DNA from: a virus
DNA: 64,000 nt
Direction: 5' to 3' (one strand)
IMG/VR virus record: IMGVR_UViG_3300042465_004012
Coordinates: 1 to 64,000 of that record
Of the stretch, positions 20,652 through 30,661 are shown one piece after another. Position 1 is the first letter of the stretch. Every line of letters begins with the position of its first letter. The notes under the pieces are model-generated. The model was not told where the DNA came from. It worked only from the letters and a program-made list of their open reading frames with translations, and did no database searches. Both the position numbers and the translations under genes were made by a program.

Positions 20652-21599
20652 ATGCCCATACAATTTCCAACATCTCCGTCAGTAAACCAAGAATACACCT
20701 ACGAAGGAAAGGTGTGGGCATGGGATGGTTCTTCATGGGTTGGTGTGCGTCAAGAAACAGGAATACAAAAGAGCAACATATGGTCAAAGCAGAACTTGCT
20801 TGTTCCGAATCGCAAGTTTGGTTTGAATTCAGGATACTGTGGCAACACAGATCAACGCCGTACAAAGGCAGGAACCATTCCTGCTCTGAAGCATTACATG
20901 GAGAGAGATTTAGGGATGTTCTTTACCTCAAGTGATGATTATTACAATTTTGTTACTCTTTTGCTTCATTGCGATGGAGCCAACAACAGCACCACAATTA
21001 CCGATAGTAGTTCATCACAAGTAACCGTAACTGCTCAAGATAATGCAAAAATCAGCACCGCACAAAGTAAGTTTGGCGGATCGTCTTTGCTGCTAGATGG
21101 CACAGGAGATTTTGGTCTAATCAATACTCAAATGACCAACTTTGAATATTCTGGTGATTTTACAATTGAGGGTTGGTGGCGGTTTAATGCGAACAATGTG
21201 GGCTATCAGGGTCTTATTGGTTCAGCAGTAGGTGGAGATCAAACAGGTTGGGCTTTGATTGCCGAAACCAATAACACATTGAATTTTTATGGATCTAGCA
21301 CAACTTCTTGGAATACTATTGTAACTTCTACTCAGGTTCCCACAATAAACACTTGGCATCACATTGCTGTTTGTCGTTCAGGAAGCACAGTTCGTTTATT
21401 TTACAACGGCACACAAATTGGGTCATCAACATCGTCCAATTTCATTCGTTCTGGAACCTCATTACGAGTCGGTGGCTATCAATTTTTTCCAGGCGGTGCG
21501 AGAAGTTTCAATGGTTATATTGACGAACTTCGGATTACCAAAGGATTTGCCAGATACACAGCCAACTTTACGCCGCCAACACAAGCATCAACACCATAA
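20652..21599 (+). CDS. Putative fibre tip with LamG (concanavalin-like) domain
   Basis: LLLHCDG, SKFGGSSL, DFTIEGW, WHHIAV and GYIDELRITKGFARY. Confidence 0.8.
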   Translation: MPIQFPTSPSVNQEYTYEGKVWAWDGSSWVGVRQETGIQKSNIWSKQNLLVPNRKFGLNSGYCGNTDQRRTKAGTIPALKHYMERDLGMFFTSSDDYYNFVTLLLHCDGANNSTTITDSSSSQVTVTAQDNAKISTAQSKFGGSSLLLDGTGDFGLINTQMTNFEYSGDFTIEGWWRFNANNVGYQGLIGSAVGGDQTGWALIAETNNTLNFYGSSTTSWNTIVTSTQVPTINTWHHIAVCRSGSTVRLFYNGTQIGSSTSSNFIRSGTSLRVGGYQFFPGGARSFNGYIDELRITKGFARYTANFTPPTQASTP

Positions 21600-21620
21600 A
21601 TATCATAGAAGGAACATCGT

Positions 21621-21944
21621 ATGCCAGACATATACACAAATTACGCCACATCCATCACAGGCTCAACAGCAGCCACTACGATCTATGCGGGAATCACAGG
21701 AACCGCAATCGTGAACGGCATTCACATTGCCAACAGCAATACAACTGTAGCAAACTCCGTGTCCGTGCAACTCTTCAAGGGCGCAACGGGATATTTTATT
21801 GTTCGTGGTGCTGCGGTTCCCATTCAGTCCACCTATCAGGCATTGGATACTCCCATTCCTCTCACAACGGGAGACAGTCTGAGAGCCACACAGGGAACAA
21901 CCGCAGGATTGGACATCATCGTATCAGTATTGGAGTCAACATAA
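21621..21944 (+). CDS. Small tail-region structural protein
   Basis: Beta-rich sequence (IHIANS, LTTGDSL); CATAAATA and SD upstream. Confidence 0.55.
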   Translation: MPDIYTNYATSITGSTAATTIYAGITGTAIVNGIHIANSNTTVANSVSVQLFKGATGYFIVRGAAVPIQSTYQALDTPIPLTTGDSLRATQGTTAGLDIIVSVLEST

Positions 21945-22246
21945 TGGCACTACAACAAATTATTCAACATCCAACAGGAACCTATTCGCAATATTGGAAG
22001 ATTCGTACTCTGAATCTGAATCATACCGCCAAGACAGGTACAGTTATTTTAGATGGATATGTTTCTGAACAAGCAAGAATAGACAATAAGATTCCTCTTG
22101 ATGAAAGAACCATCAATGTGTTTGATTTTGATGTGTGGTTTGCACCTGCTATTATTGATGTTGCGGGAATGAATGAGGTAAAATCTGCATATGAATTTAC
22201 AAAGTCTATTCCGAATGGTGAATTTGTTGGATCAACAGACGTTTAA
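21944..22246 (+). CDS. Small fibre-associated protein, paralog of 31261-31578
   Basis: Shares MALQ...G...YWKI...LDGYV...AYE..K...EF.G..DV. Confidence 0.55.
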   Translation: MALQQIIQHPTGTYSQYWKIRTLNLNHTAKTGTVILDGYVSEQARIDNKIPLDERTINVFDFDVWFAPAIIDVAGMNEVKSAYEFTKSIPNGEFVGSTDV

Positions 22247-22267
22247 ATCTGACATAAATATTAGAAC

Positions 22268-23143
22268 GTGGCAATAGATTTTCCTTCATCACCAGCACTG
22301 TACCAAATTTATGTATTTGGTGGTCGTTCATGGCAATGGAACGGTATTGCTTGGGATATTTACAGTACTGTAAGTGGTGATGTTGTAACAACCCTTAATG
22401 GTTTAACTGGTGGCGTAAGTCTTGCTGCTGGGTCAAATGTTACTTTAACTCCAGTTGGCAATACTATTACTATTGCATCTTCTGGAGGTGGTGGCGGTGG
22501 TGGTGGAACATATTTTAATTTTACTGAAGGTATTACCGTTGCAGCTGGTCCTACGGCTGGTGATAGATGGTTTGATACAAATACAGGAAAATTATTCACT
22601 GCAATAACTGATGGTGCTTCTCGTATTTGGATTGAATTTGGTGCTGGTTCTCAGGGTATTGCGGGTGCTACTGGGTCTATTGGTGCTACTGGAGCAACAG
22701 GTCCTCAAGGTGCTACTGGGTCTATTGGTCCTACTGGGTCTATTGGTGCTACTGGAGCAACAGGTCCTCAAGGTAATACTGGGTCTATTGGTGCTACTGG
22801 GTCTATTGGTGCTACTGGGTCTATTGGTGCTACTGGAGCAACAGGTCCTCAAGGTAATACTGGGTCTCAAGGTAATACTGGGTCTATTGGTGCTACTGGA
22901 GCAATAGGTCCTCAAGGTAATACTGGGTCTATTGGTGCTACTGGAGCAACAGGTCCTCAAGGTAATACTGGTCCTGTTGGAGATTATGTAATCTCATTCA
23001 ACGGACTCACAGGTGCTGTAAATTTTGTAGCCGGTACAAATATTACTATAACTCCAGCAGGTAATACACTCACAATTGCATCTTCTGGTGGCGGTGGTGG
23101 GGTAGATGCTGCCTTTGTGATTGCGATGGCAACTGTGCTATAA
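22268..23143 (+). CDS. Collagen-like fibre protein
   Basis: DFPSSP...WQWNGIAW, poly-Gly, GAT/GSI collagen tract and GDYVISFNGLTGAV. Confidence 0.8.
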   Translation: MAIDFPSSPALYQIYVFGGRSWQWNGIAWDIYSTVSGDVVTTLNGLTGGVSLAAGSNVTLTPVGNTITIASSGGGGGGGGTYFNFTEGITVAAGPTAGDRWFDTNTGKLFTAITDGASRIWIEFGAGSQGIAGATGSIGATGATGPQGATGSIGPTGSIGATGATGPQGNTGSIGATGSIGATGSIGATGATGPQGNTGSQGNTGSIGATGAIGPQGNTGSIGATGATGPQGNTGPVGDYVISFNGLTGAVNFVAGTNITITPAGNTLTIASSGGGGGVDAAFVIAMATVL

Positions 23144-23146
23144 ATA
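23139..23146 (+). promoter_or_regulatory. T4 late promoter
   Basis: Perfect TATAAATA overlapping the stop codon, followed by SD GAGG. Confidence 0.75.
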
Positions 23147-23159
23147 GAGAGGAACACAA

Positions 23160-23789
23160 ATGAAAAGATTAGTCGGAACAGATATAGTAGGTGGATACAT
23201 CTTTGATCCAGCAGCCAAGACCGTAACTTTTACAGGTCTTCAATATACTATTACATTAGCCAATATTCTTCTTATTACCAATACCACTGCAAACACAATA
23301 ATTTATAATTTTGCTGATTCAACAAATGGTGCAGTAAGTTTTGCTAACAATGTATTGACTTTAGATTATAATTCAGTCTCCATGAATGCAACTGATGCAT
23401 TGCAAATTTACATTGATGTTGAAAGTTATGAAGAAAGCCTAGCAACACTTCTTCGCCGCATGAATAAATTGCTCGAAAGCAATGCTGTTGTAGATAGCAA
23501 ACTTCGACAAAGAGTTACGATTGAAGCAATTGGTGCAAACAATTCATCCAACCCAACTGAACTTAATACAACTATTCCTGTTTCGGGAACAGTTACCGCC
23601 ACAGCCAATGTGAACAATGCTGTAACCGCTACAACATTCAACAACTCAGCAGTAAATCCATATACTCTATCGACATCACAGGCAGTAGGATTGGTTTCAG
23701 AAGGTCCAGTACATCAATTATGGCGTGTAGCCAATGACGCTCAAGCCTGTTATGCATCCGCAATTCGATCTAAACTTTCATTTACATAA
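23160..23789 (+). CDS. Putative structural protein
   Basis: FDPAAKTV...ILLITNTT...IYNFAD; late promoter upstream. Confidence 0.55.
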   Translation: MKRLVGTDIVGGYIFDPAAKTVTFTGLQYTITLANILLITNTTANTIIYNFADSTNGAVSFANNVLTLDYNSVSMNATDALQIYIDVESYEESLATLLRRMNKLLESNAVVDSKLRQRVTIEAIGANNSSNPTELNTTIPVSGTVTATANVNNAVTATTFNNSAVNPYTLSTSQAVGLVSEGPVHQLWRVANDAQACYASAIRSKLSFT

Positions 23790-23801
23790 TTAAGGAAATA
23801 T

Positions 23802-26699
23802 ATGGCAGTAACAAATTTATTAAAAACACAAGTAGATCAACCAGTATTCGAATGGATGCGTTTTGCTCCTACAGCAACAAGCAGCACCGCTACTTTGTTG
23901 TCCTCTGATGCCAGTGCGCGATATATGTACTACATTGTCGGTCAGGCAATGTTCAGATATGATACCTATAGTGATTCATGGCAAGAATGTGCTGCACCAA
24001 ATATTGCTCCTGCCACTGCCGTTACCGGAAAATATGCTGCATTCTCTGGACGCAGAGGACATACAATCAGTGCAACTTCCACCACGATAACAATTGGTGG
24101 ACTTGGTAGACTGGGGAATGTTTGTGTAGGAAATAAAATTAGAATTCTTTATGGTACTGGTGCAGGACAAGAAAGAACAATTACTGCTTGCTCGGATGGA
24201 GTGATTCACGACAATGGTTTGGCAACAACTGCCAGCGCAACTCAAATCGGTGACTCTACCAAAAAATGGAGAGTTAATCAATGGGACGGTTACAACTGTC
24301 GTTTGACATTCAGTACTGGTCAGTCTCAAGTAAGAACAATTCTTTACAATGATACAACCACTCTGACATTCTCTGATACCAACCATCAAGCAGTAGATTC
24401 TTTTAACAATACTGGTTTTTCTGCCGTAACCCCCTTTGCAGTACCAGTAACAACTGCGGGTTCGCAAACTAACTTTGTAATTGAATCCAGTGAATTAACT
24501 GTAGATTCGGCTTGGACAGTTACTCCTGATGCAAGTTCAATATACCAAATAATGACGGGTGGAATTTGGCTGATGACAGCCGCAGCAGCCACACCATTTG
24601 CTGCGTTTCAATATTATGATATTCTTTTGGACTCTTGGTTCACAAAAACTCCTTCCGGTCCAATGCATCATGCTGCTTCCTTGGGTACGGATTTTACAAT
24701 TGACAGAACAGGTGAGGCTGGTGGAGTATTTATTAGCGGTGTGACTGCTTCTTCTGCTGCTGCAAAAACATTGGTTCAAAGCGGAGCAACTTATGCATAC
24801 GACCGCTATGCAAATTATCAGTTGAGAATTGTTTCTGGTCAAGGAATTGGACAACGAAGAAGAATTGCTGCAAACTCATCAGATACTTTTTATGTTGAAA
24901 AGAAATGGGATATTACTCCAGATAACACATCGGGTTATGCAATATACGGAGATACCGACAAAATATGGCTTGCTGGAAACGCTTCATCAGCAATGTATCA
25001 ATATTCGGTTGATCATGATTTGTGGACAAGTGCGCCAATAGTAGATACTGGTGTCGCTAGACAAATTTCTGCAACTCCTGCTGCGGGAAATACTGGTTTG
25101 TATGGACCACCACATGAAGGATATGCAATAACCAGTATTACTTATAATGCAACTGGTGTATTAACTACCTCAGTAAATAGCGCTGGCGGTACATATGCCG
25201 TAGGTGATTTGGTAACTTTAACAACTACTGGATCGAATGCACAGGCTTATGTTACCGGAATTACAGGAAACGGAGCAGTAACAGGATTGCAACTAGCTTT
25301 TTCTGGAACAAATTATGGTGCTGCTACAACCAGTGCGGTCTCTGGTGGTGCGGGTACAGGCTTGATTTTAAACATTACTACAGGAAAAGTAGGAAACGTA
25401 GTTTCAGCAGTAAATCACGATTTCAGGCATGGTGAATCTGTTATTATTGCTGGTTGTGCCACAGAAACAACCTTTAATAATACATTTGCAGTAATAGGAA
25501 CTAATTCTCTAACCGCATTTAGCATTGCTGCAAATGCTAGCGCAACACAAAGCCCAACTGCAGCTAGTTCACTCACCACATCTTTGATTGTAGATGCTGC
25601 TCAAAACTGGAATACAAACGAGCATGTCGGAAGAGTGGTATTCGTGCAAACAGCGGGAACGTCACCAACTAACGCGGGTGCCAGACGTATCACCGCAAAC
25701 ACTGCAACAACATTAACTTTGTCGTCTGTAATTTCAGTGATGGCAAACGGAACATCTCGTTATGTGATTCAAGAAGCACGACCATTCGGTGCAATGTGCA
25801 TTGATAAAGTGGTAGAAAGATCTCCGTTAGGTTGGGCGACTTCAGGATCATCGACAACTTTGGTTGACACAACCAAAAACTGGAGAATCAATCAATATCA
25901 AAACTGCCGTGTCAGAATTGTTTCAGGAACGGGAGAAGGAAATGATGTTGTAATCACTTCCAATACTGCAACAACTCTAACTGTGGCTTCTTGGAACGTT
26001 GCAACACCAGATACAACTTCAAAGTATGAGATTATGGACTCGTATGGAATAGTAACTACTGGTGCAGGAACAACAACTGTTACTGATGCAAATAAAAATT
26101 TCCCAACAAACTATCTGGCAGGAAAAAGAATTCGTTATATTGCTGGAACCGCTTCTTCTTCTGCTGGTGCAGCAACAGTAGAAGTTTCAGTAACATCAAA
26201 TACTGCAACAGTAATTACTGTACCTACATTGACTTCCAATGCCACAGATACATTCTATGCAATTTATGAAATTCCAGCAAGAAGCACAGGTATTGATATA
26301 AAATGGCTGTTTGGTCTTTCCGATGTGAATAAAAAAGGAAGATGGTTGATTTCTCCCCGTGGTGGTGCTTCAAATATTTTTGATATATTTGATATCCCAA
26401 CATCAACTTGGGAACTCACGCCATTCATTACACCAATTACAACTACTTTGACTACAGGTTCCATGTATACATATGACGGAGTTGATTCGTATTACTTCAC
26501 CAAAGACGCTACAAACCGTATTTATCAACTAGACCTTTCTAAGTTCCAAGTAGAAACAGCAACATCTATTCCGTATGCTCATAGCACAGCAACCCTCAGC
26601 AATAAATTTGAAATTGTAAAAACTGTTGATGGTTTAACATATCTGTACGTCATGCGTCATACTGGTCAGGAAATGTGGCGTACTCTTAAGTTCTGGTAA
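23802..26699 (+). CDS. Large tail or adhesin protein with propeller-like and repeated beta domains
   Basis: Kelch-like YD...W blades plus repeated GxGQxRxIxxNTxTTLT...W...PD.TS.Y units. Confidence 0.6.
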   Translation: MAVTNLLKTQVDQPVFEWMRFAPTATSSTATLLSSDASARYMYYIVGQAMFRYDTYSDSWQECAAPNIAPATAVTGKYAAFSGRRGHTISATSTTITIGGLGRLGNVCVGNKIRILYGTGAGQERTITACSDGVIHDNGLATTASATQIGDSTKKWRVNQWDGYNCRLTFSTGQSQVRTILYNDTTTLTFSDTNHQAVDSFNNTGFSAVTPFAVPVTTAGSQTNFVIESSELTVDSAWTVTPDASSIYQIMTGGIWLMTAAAATPFAAFQYYDILLDSWFTKTPSGPMHHAASLGTDFTIDRTGEAGGVFISGVTASSAAAKTLVQSGATYAYDRYANYQLRIVSGQGIGQRRRIAANSSDTFYVEKKWDITPDNTSGYAIYGDTDKIWLAGNASSAMYQYSVDHDLWTSAPIVDTGVARQISATPAAGNTGLYGPPHEGYAITSITYNATGVLTTSVNSAGGTYAVGDLVTLTTTGSNAQAYVTGITGNGAVTGLQLAFSGTNYGAATTSAVSGGAGTGLILNITTGKVGNVVSAVNHDFRHGESVIIAGCATETTFNNTFAVIGTNSLTAFSIAANASATQSPTAASSLTTSLIVDAAQNWNTNEHVGRVVFVQTAGTSPTNAGARRITANTATTLTLSSVISVMANGTSRYVIQEARPFGAMCIDKVVERSPLGWATSGSSTTLVDTTKNWRINQYQNCRVRIVSGTGEGNDVVITSNTATTLTVASWNVATPDTTSKYEIMDSYGIVTTGAGTTTVTDANKNFPTNYLAGKRIRYIAGTASSSAGAATVEVSVTSNTATVITVPTLTSNATDTFYAIYEIPARSTGIDIKWLFGLSDVNKKGRWLISPRGGASNIFDIFDIPTSTWELTPFITPITTTLTTGSMYTYDGVDSYYFTKDATNRIYQLDLSKFQVETATSIPYAHSTATLSNKFEIVKTVDGLTYLYVMRHTGQEMWRTLKFW

Positions 26700-26712
26700 A
26701 TAGTATTAACAC

Positions 26713-27090
26713 ATGCCAATTGACTTCCCAAATCCACCACTAACCATAGGACAACTATATTCATTTAATAGTACTACTTGGCAATGGAATGGTTATGCGT
26801 GGATTGTGTCTTCTAGCTCTAGTATCGCTGGAGATTATGTAATCTCATTCAATGGTATCACGGGTGCAGTTACTGGTGTAACCACTGGGAACTCAAATAC
26901 ATTTGGTCCTCTTCAAAATTTTTCAAGTGGTCTGAGTGCATTTGGTGGAACATTTTCTAATAATTTACAAATAGTAGGTAATTTACTTGTAACTGGAAAA
27001 ATAGTAACTGAAACTGGAATATTTGGTGTTACTTATAATTCTGAAATAGAAGTTTTAGATAATTTAAGTATGGATGGTGGAGAATTCTAA
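26713..27090 (+). CDS. Short fibre-module protein
   Basis: DFP...WQWNGYAW, GDYVISFNGITGAV and C-terminal MDGGEF. Confidence 0.6.
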   Translation: MPIDFPNPPLTIGQLYSFNSTTWQWNGYAWIVSSSSSIAGDYVISFNGITGAVTGVTTGNSNTFGPLQNFSSGLSAFGGTFSNNLQIVGNLLVTGKIVTETGIFGVTYNSEIEVLDNLSMDGGEF

Positions 27091-27094
27091 CACT

Positions 27095-27102
27095 ATAAAT
27101 AC
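27095..27102 (+). promoter_or_regulatory. T4 late promoter
   Basis: Perfect TATAAATA upstream of the 27124 gene. Confidence 0.75.
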
Positions 27103-27123
27103 CTGTAAGGGAACAAACACAAA

Positions 27124-28917
27124 ATGTCATCAAAAATTACAATTAAACGCTCAACAACTTCAGTACCACCTGCTGGTCTATCGTTTGGTGAAATGGCATT
27201 TGTACAGGGTACAGGTCTTACAGCAAACCAATTATATGTTGGTAATTCTTTTGGTAGTCCAGTCTGGGTTGGTGCACAAATTGGAACTACTGGATCGTGG
27301 ACAGATAACGCAGCAAAAACAACTCTTGCAACACAATATGCAATTGATCAAAGAATTAGTAGTCAGATCTCCGGTGGTAGTCCAATTACTACTGTATCTG
27401 ACAACACAAATACAACCAGATATTTGGTATTCGGTAGTACCGCCGGTGCAGGTGTTACTCTCTTTGTTGATGATACCACTGGACCATTATCTTATAATCC
27501 ATCAACTGGTACATTAACAGTAGCAGGAGATCTGAATGTTAATGGTGGAGATATTTTAACTACTCAGACTACTGCCTCACTATTCAGTTCAACTGTAACC
27601 ACTTTAGGAATAGGTTTAGCTGCCACTGCTCTTAATATGGGTGGTCTTACTGGTACGTGTACAATAAGGAATCCAGCATTGACTGTTGGTGCTTCTGGTC
27701 TTACTGGTACAATTTTTGCAGATGATGCAAAGCTTATACTTACTACCAAAAATTATAGTGGTGCTGCTGCAGATCCTGCAGACACCCCTGTAAAAATTGT
27801 TCTTAATCCTGAAATATCAGGAGGACAGGTACTTATTGAAGGTGGTGATTTACGGCTTGGTGGTAGAATTCTTGGCGGGGCTACGGCTGGTGGTAAGATA
27901 ATCTTTGATGGTGGAAATACCCTGGCATGGCAAACAACATTAACTGTAGTAGAACCAACAGCAAATAATACATTAACTCTGCCTGATACAACAGATACTC
28001 TTGTTGGTAAAGCAACCACTGATACTTTAACTAATAAGACTTTGACAAGTCCAACGATTACAACAAGTCTTCTTACTGGTAGTACAAGTTTTGCTCTTCT
28101 TAATACGACTGCTACTACTATTAACTTTGCAGGTGCAGCCACAACATTAACTGTTGGTGTTGTAGGAGGTACTGCAGCGTTTGCTGGTGCAGTTACTGTT
28201 GCTGGAGATCTTATAGTCAATGGTACTACTACAACAATAAATAGTACAACACTTACCGTAGATGACAAGAATATTGAAATGGGTGCAGTTAACACACCAG
28301 ATGATACTACTGCAAATGGCGGTGGTATTATTCTTAAAGGTTTAACAGATAAATCAATTCTGTGGGATAGTGGCAACAACAATTTTACATCTAATCAAAA
28401 TTGGAATCTCCCAACAGGTAAAGAATTCAAGATAAATAATGTTTCTGTTTTAAGTTCTTCTACTCTTGGTAGTGGTATTACAGGATCTTCTCTCACACAA
28501 GTTGGTACGATTACTAGTGGTACTTGGAACGGTACTGCTATAACTGACACATACCTTGCTACAATATCAACTGCGGGTAAAGTTTTAAATTCTGCAACCA
28601 CCGCAACATCTGCAAATACTGTCAGTGCCATAGTTGCAAGAGATGGTTCTGGTGATTTTTCAGCAAGAATTATAACCGGTAATACTTTTAGTGGAAATGC
28701 CTTAACTGCAACAACTGCAACAACTGCAACAACTGCAACAACATCCACTAATATAGTTGCTACCGAACAAACAACAGGAACAATATTCCTTGTTGGTGTT
28801 GCAGCAGCTTCTGCAAGCACAGGGTTGTTGGTTAATGCAACTCCTTCGACTGCACTAACATACGATGTTGCAACTGGAGAACTTTCAGCTACTTTGATTG
28901 ATGGTGGAAGCTTCTAA
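27124..28917 (+). CDS. Tail fibre with Mtd/hyaluronidase-like N-terminal domain
   Basis: KITIKRS...GLSFGEMA...LYVG, TLTNKTLTSP, NGTTTTINSTTLTVDDKNI and terminal IDGGSF. Confidence 0.75.
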   Translation: MSSKITIKRSTTSVPPAGLSFGEMAFVQGTGLTANQLYVGNSFGSPVWVGAQIGTTGSWTDNAAKTTLATQYAIDQRISSQISGGSPITTVSDNTNTTRYLVFGSTAGAGVTLFVDDTTGPLSYNPSTGTLTVAGDLNVNGGDILTTQTTASLFSSTVTTLGIGLAATALNMGGLTGTCTIRNPALTVGASGLTGTIFADDAKLILTTKNYSGAAADPADTPVKIVLNPEISGGQVLIEGGDLRLGGRILGGATAGGKIIFDGGNTLAWQTTLTVVEPTANNTLTLPDTTDTLVGKATTDTLTNKTLTSPTITTSLLTGSTSFALLNTTATTINFAGAATTLTVGVVGGTAAFAGAVTVAGDLIVNGTTTTINSTTLTVDDKNIEMGAVNTPDDTTANGGGIILKGLTDKSILWDSGNNNFTSNQNWNLPTGKEFKINNVSVLSSSTLGSGITGSSLTQVGTITSGTWNGTAITDTYLATISTAGKVLNSATTATSANTVSAIVARDGSGDFSARIITGNTFSGNALTATTATTATTATTSTNIVATEQTTGTIFLVGVAAASASTGLLVNATPSTALTYDVATGELSATLIDGGSF

Positions 28918-28927
28918 GGATTAATAT

Positions 28928-29134
28928 ATGAGTGAACCTAATTATAATGAAATTGTAGTTATTCCTTTGTTACAGAATAAATTTAGAGACTTAACAAATA
29001 CTAATCTAATATTAGAGGCAAATTTGTTAATTGAGAGAGCAAAGAATGCTGATCTTACGGAGAAGTATAACATCGCCCTAAATAAACTAGATAAGAAGAA
29101 AAAGCATGAAAAGTTGGATGGCGATACATTTTAA
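28928..29134 (+). CDS. Small coiled-coil protein, possible fibre chaperone
   Basis: Heptad pattern; ends in LDGDTF; lies between fibre genes. Confidence 0.5.
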   Translation: MSEPNYNEIVVIPLLQNKFRDLTNTNLILEANLLIERAKNADLTEKYNIALNKLDKKKKHEKLDGDTF

Positions 29135-29176
29135 ATAAAATACATTAATTGTTATTATGTATATAAGGTGAGTTAA

Positions 29177-30658
29177 ATGACTACTATTAAGATAAAAAAA
29201 GGTGCTGGTACTCCCTCTGGATTGACATTTGGAGAACTAGCATACGATGTTACAAATAGAAAACTTTTTATCGGAATAACTGGCGGTAATGCTTTATTAG
29301 CAAATACTGACGGTGGTGTTGCAACTTTCAATGGACTCACAGGTGCAGTTACTGGTGTAACTACAGGTGTTGCAAATACCTTTGGTCTTCTTCAAAGTTT
29401 TACAAGTGGTATTAGTGCAGCAGGTGGAACATTTTCTTCACAAACTAGATTCCTTGCGGGTATAACAGTTGCTGGTGGAGGCACATTTGGTACTGATATT
29501 TCTGTAAATGGCATTAGAGTTGGTAAGGGGGCTGGAAATAGACCAGACAATGTGGCTCTTGGTAGTAACACACTCACTTTAAATACAACCGGAGATTATA
29601 ATTTAGCATTTGGTTCCGGTGCGCTTGCTTCAAACTTAATAGGAACCGACAATGTTGGTTTGGGATACGCAGCACTTACATTAAATACTAGTTCTAATAA
29701 TCTTGGAATAGGTAGCAGTAGTCTGGCAGCAAACTCATCCGGCACCGACAATGTCGGGGTTGGAACAAGTAGTCTAGGAGCTAATAGTACAGGTAGCAGA
29801 AACGTAGCAATTGGAAGAAGTTCATTATCTCTGAATGGTAGTGACAATGTTGGTATCGGCGCATATTCGCTATCAAATATTTCAAGTGCAACAGTAAGAA
29901 ATTATAATACAGCCATAGGTAGTGATGCAGGAAGATATAGAACTGGTGGATCAAGTTTACAAGGTGCAACGGGTGGCATTTACATAGGCTATGGGGCAAA
30001 AGGAAGTGCAAACGCACAGACAAATGAAATAGTAATAGGTACTTTAGCAGAAGCCTTGGGTTCAAATACTGCAGTTATTGGAGCATCTACACAAACTGCT
30101 GCAACAATTTATGGAGTATTGAGACTTCCCGGTGGTCTGAGTGCTGCTAGTGGTATTACATTATCCGGTAATGTAGCAATGACAAGCACATCATCTCATA
30201 CTGGTCTTGCGAGTTTTTCTGGTGGTTTGAGTGCTGCTAGTGGTATTACATTATCCGGTAATGTAGCAATGACAAGCACATCATCTCATACTGGTCTTGC
30301 GAGTTTTTCTGGTGGTTTGAGTGCTGCTGGTGGAATAACATTCTCAGCACCAATATCTTCTACTCGAATGGCTAGACACACATCAGCAGCAATATCTGCT
30401 CAGAAAACTGCGGATTTCACTCCAACTGCTGCGGAAGACGGAACGGTATTTTTTATTAATTATGGTGGTAAAGCAATGTTTATAACATTAGACTCATTAC
30501 CTATTGGTTGGAGAGCAAAATTTTTCAATATAGGTGGTGGAAGTGTTGTGTTTCAGAGTACTGCTGGAGATGTTTATGGATACGGTGCAAATGTAGGTCT
30601 AGAATTTTTTATGTTAGAAGCAATATGCATTGCTACCGATAACTATTTTGTAGGATAA
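29177..30658 (+). CDS. Tail fibre with Mtd-like N-terminus and YadA/Hep-Hag-like repeats
   Basis: IKIKKG...GLTFGELAY...LFIG and repeated N(V/T)(A/G)(L/I/V)G..(S/A)L units. Confidence 0.75.
   Translation: MTTIKIKKGAGTPSGLTFGELAYDVTNRKLFIGITGGNALLANTDGGVATFNGLTGAVTGVTTGVANTFGLLQSFTSGISAAGGTFSSQTRFLAGITVAGGGTFGTDISVNGIRVGKGAGNRPDNVALGSNTLTLNTTGDYNLAFGSGALASNLIGTDNVGLGYAALTLNTSSNNLGIGSSSLAANSSGTDNVGVGTSSLGANSTGSRNVAIGRSSLSLNGSDNVGIGAYSLSNISSATVRNYNTAIGSDAGRYRTGGSSLQGATGGIYIGYGAKGSANAQTNEIVIGTLAEALGSNTAVIGASTQTAATIYGVLRLPGGLSAASGITLSGNVAMTSTSSHTGLASFSGGLSAASGITLSGNVAMTSTSSHTGLASFSGGLSAAGGITFSAPISSTRMARHTSAAISAQKTADFTPTAAEDGTVFFINYGGKAMFITLDSLPIGWRAKFFNIGGGSVVFQSTAGDVYGYGANVGLEFFMLEAICIATDNYFVG
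30131..30340 (+). repeat. In-frame 90-bp tandem duplication (about 2.3 copies)
   Basis: 30131-30220 and 30221-30310 differ by one base. Confidence 0.92.
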
Positions 30659-30661
30659 ACA

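Noticed and set aside
19774-20921. 99-bp repeat pair as a diversity-generating retroelement TR/VR
   Set aside because: Differences are mostly synonymous third-position changes rather than adenine-specific, both copies are N-terminal coding sequence, and no reverse transcriptase is in the window.
18800-22980. Dense tandem repeats as a possible CRISPR array
   Set aside because: They are in-frame 9-nt collagen codon units with no unique spacers, and no cas genes are present.
15537-30065. Many alternate-frame and antisense ORFs over the fibre genes (VLKV and LRT repeats)
   Set aside because: These are shadows of low-complexity Gly/Thr/Ala codons with no independent start signals.
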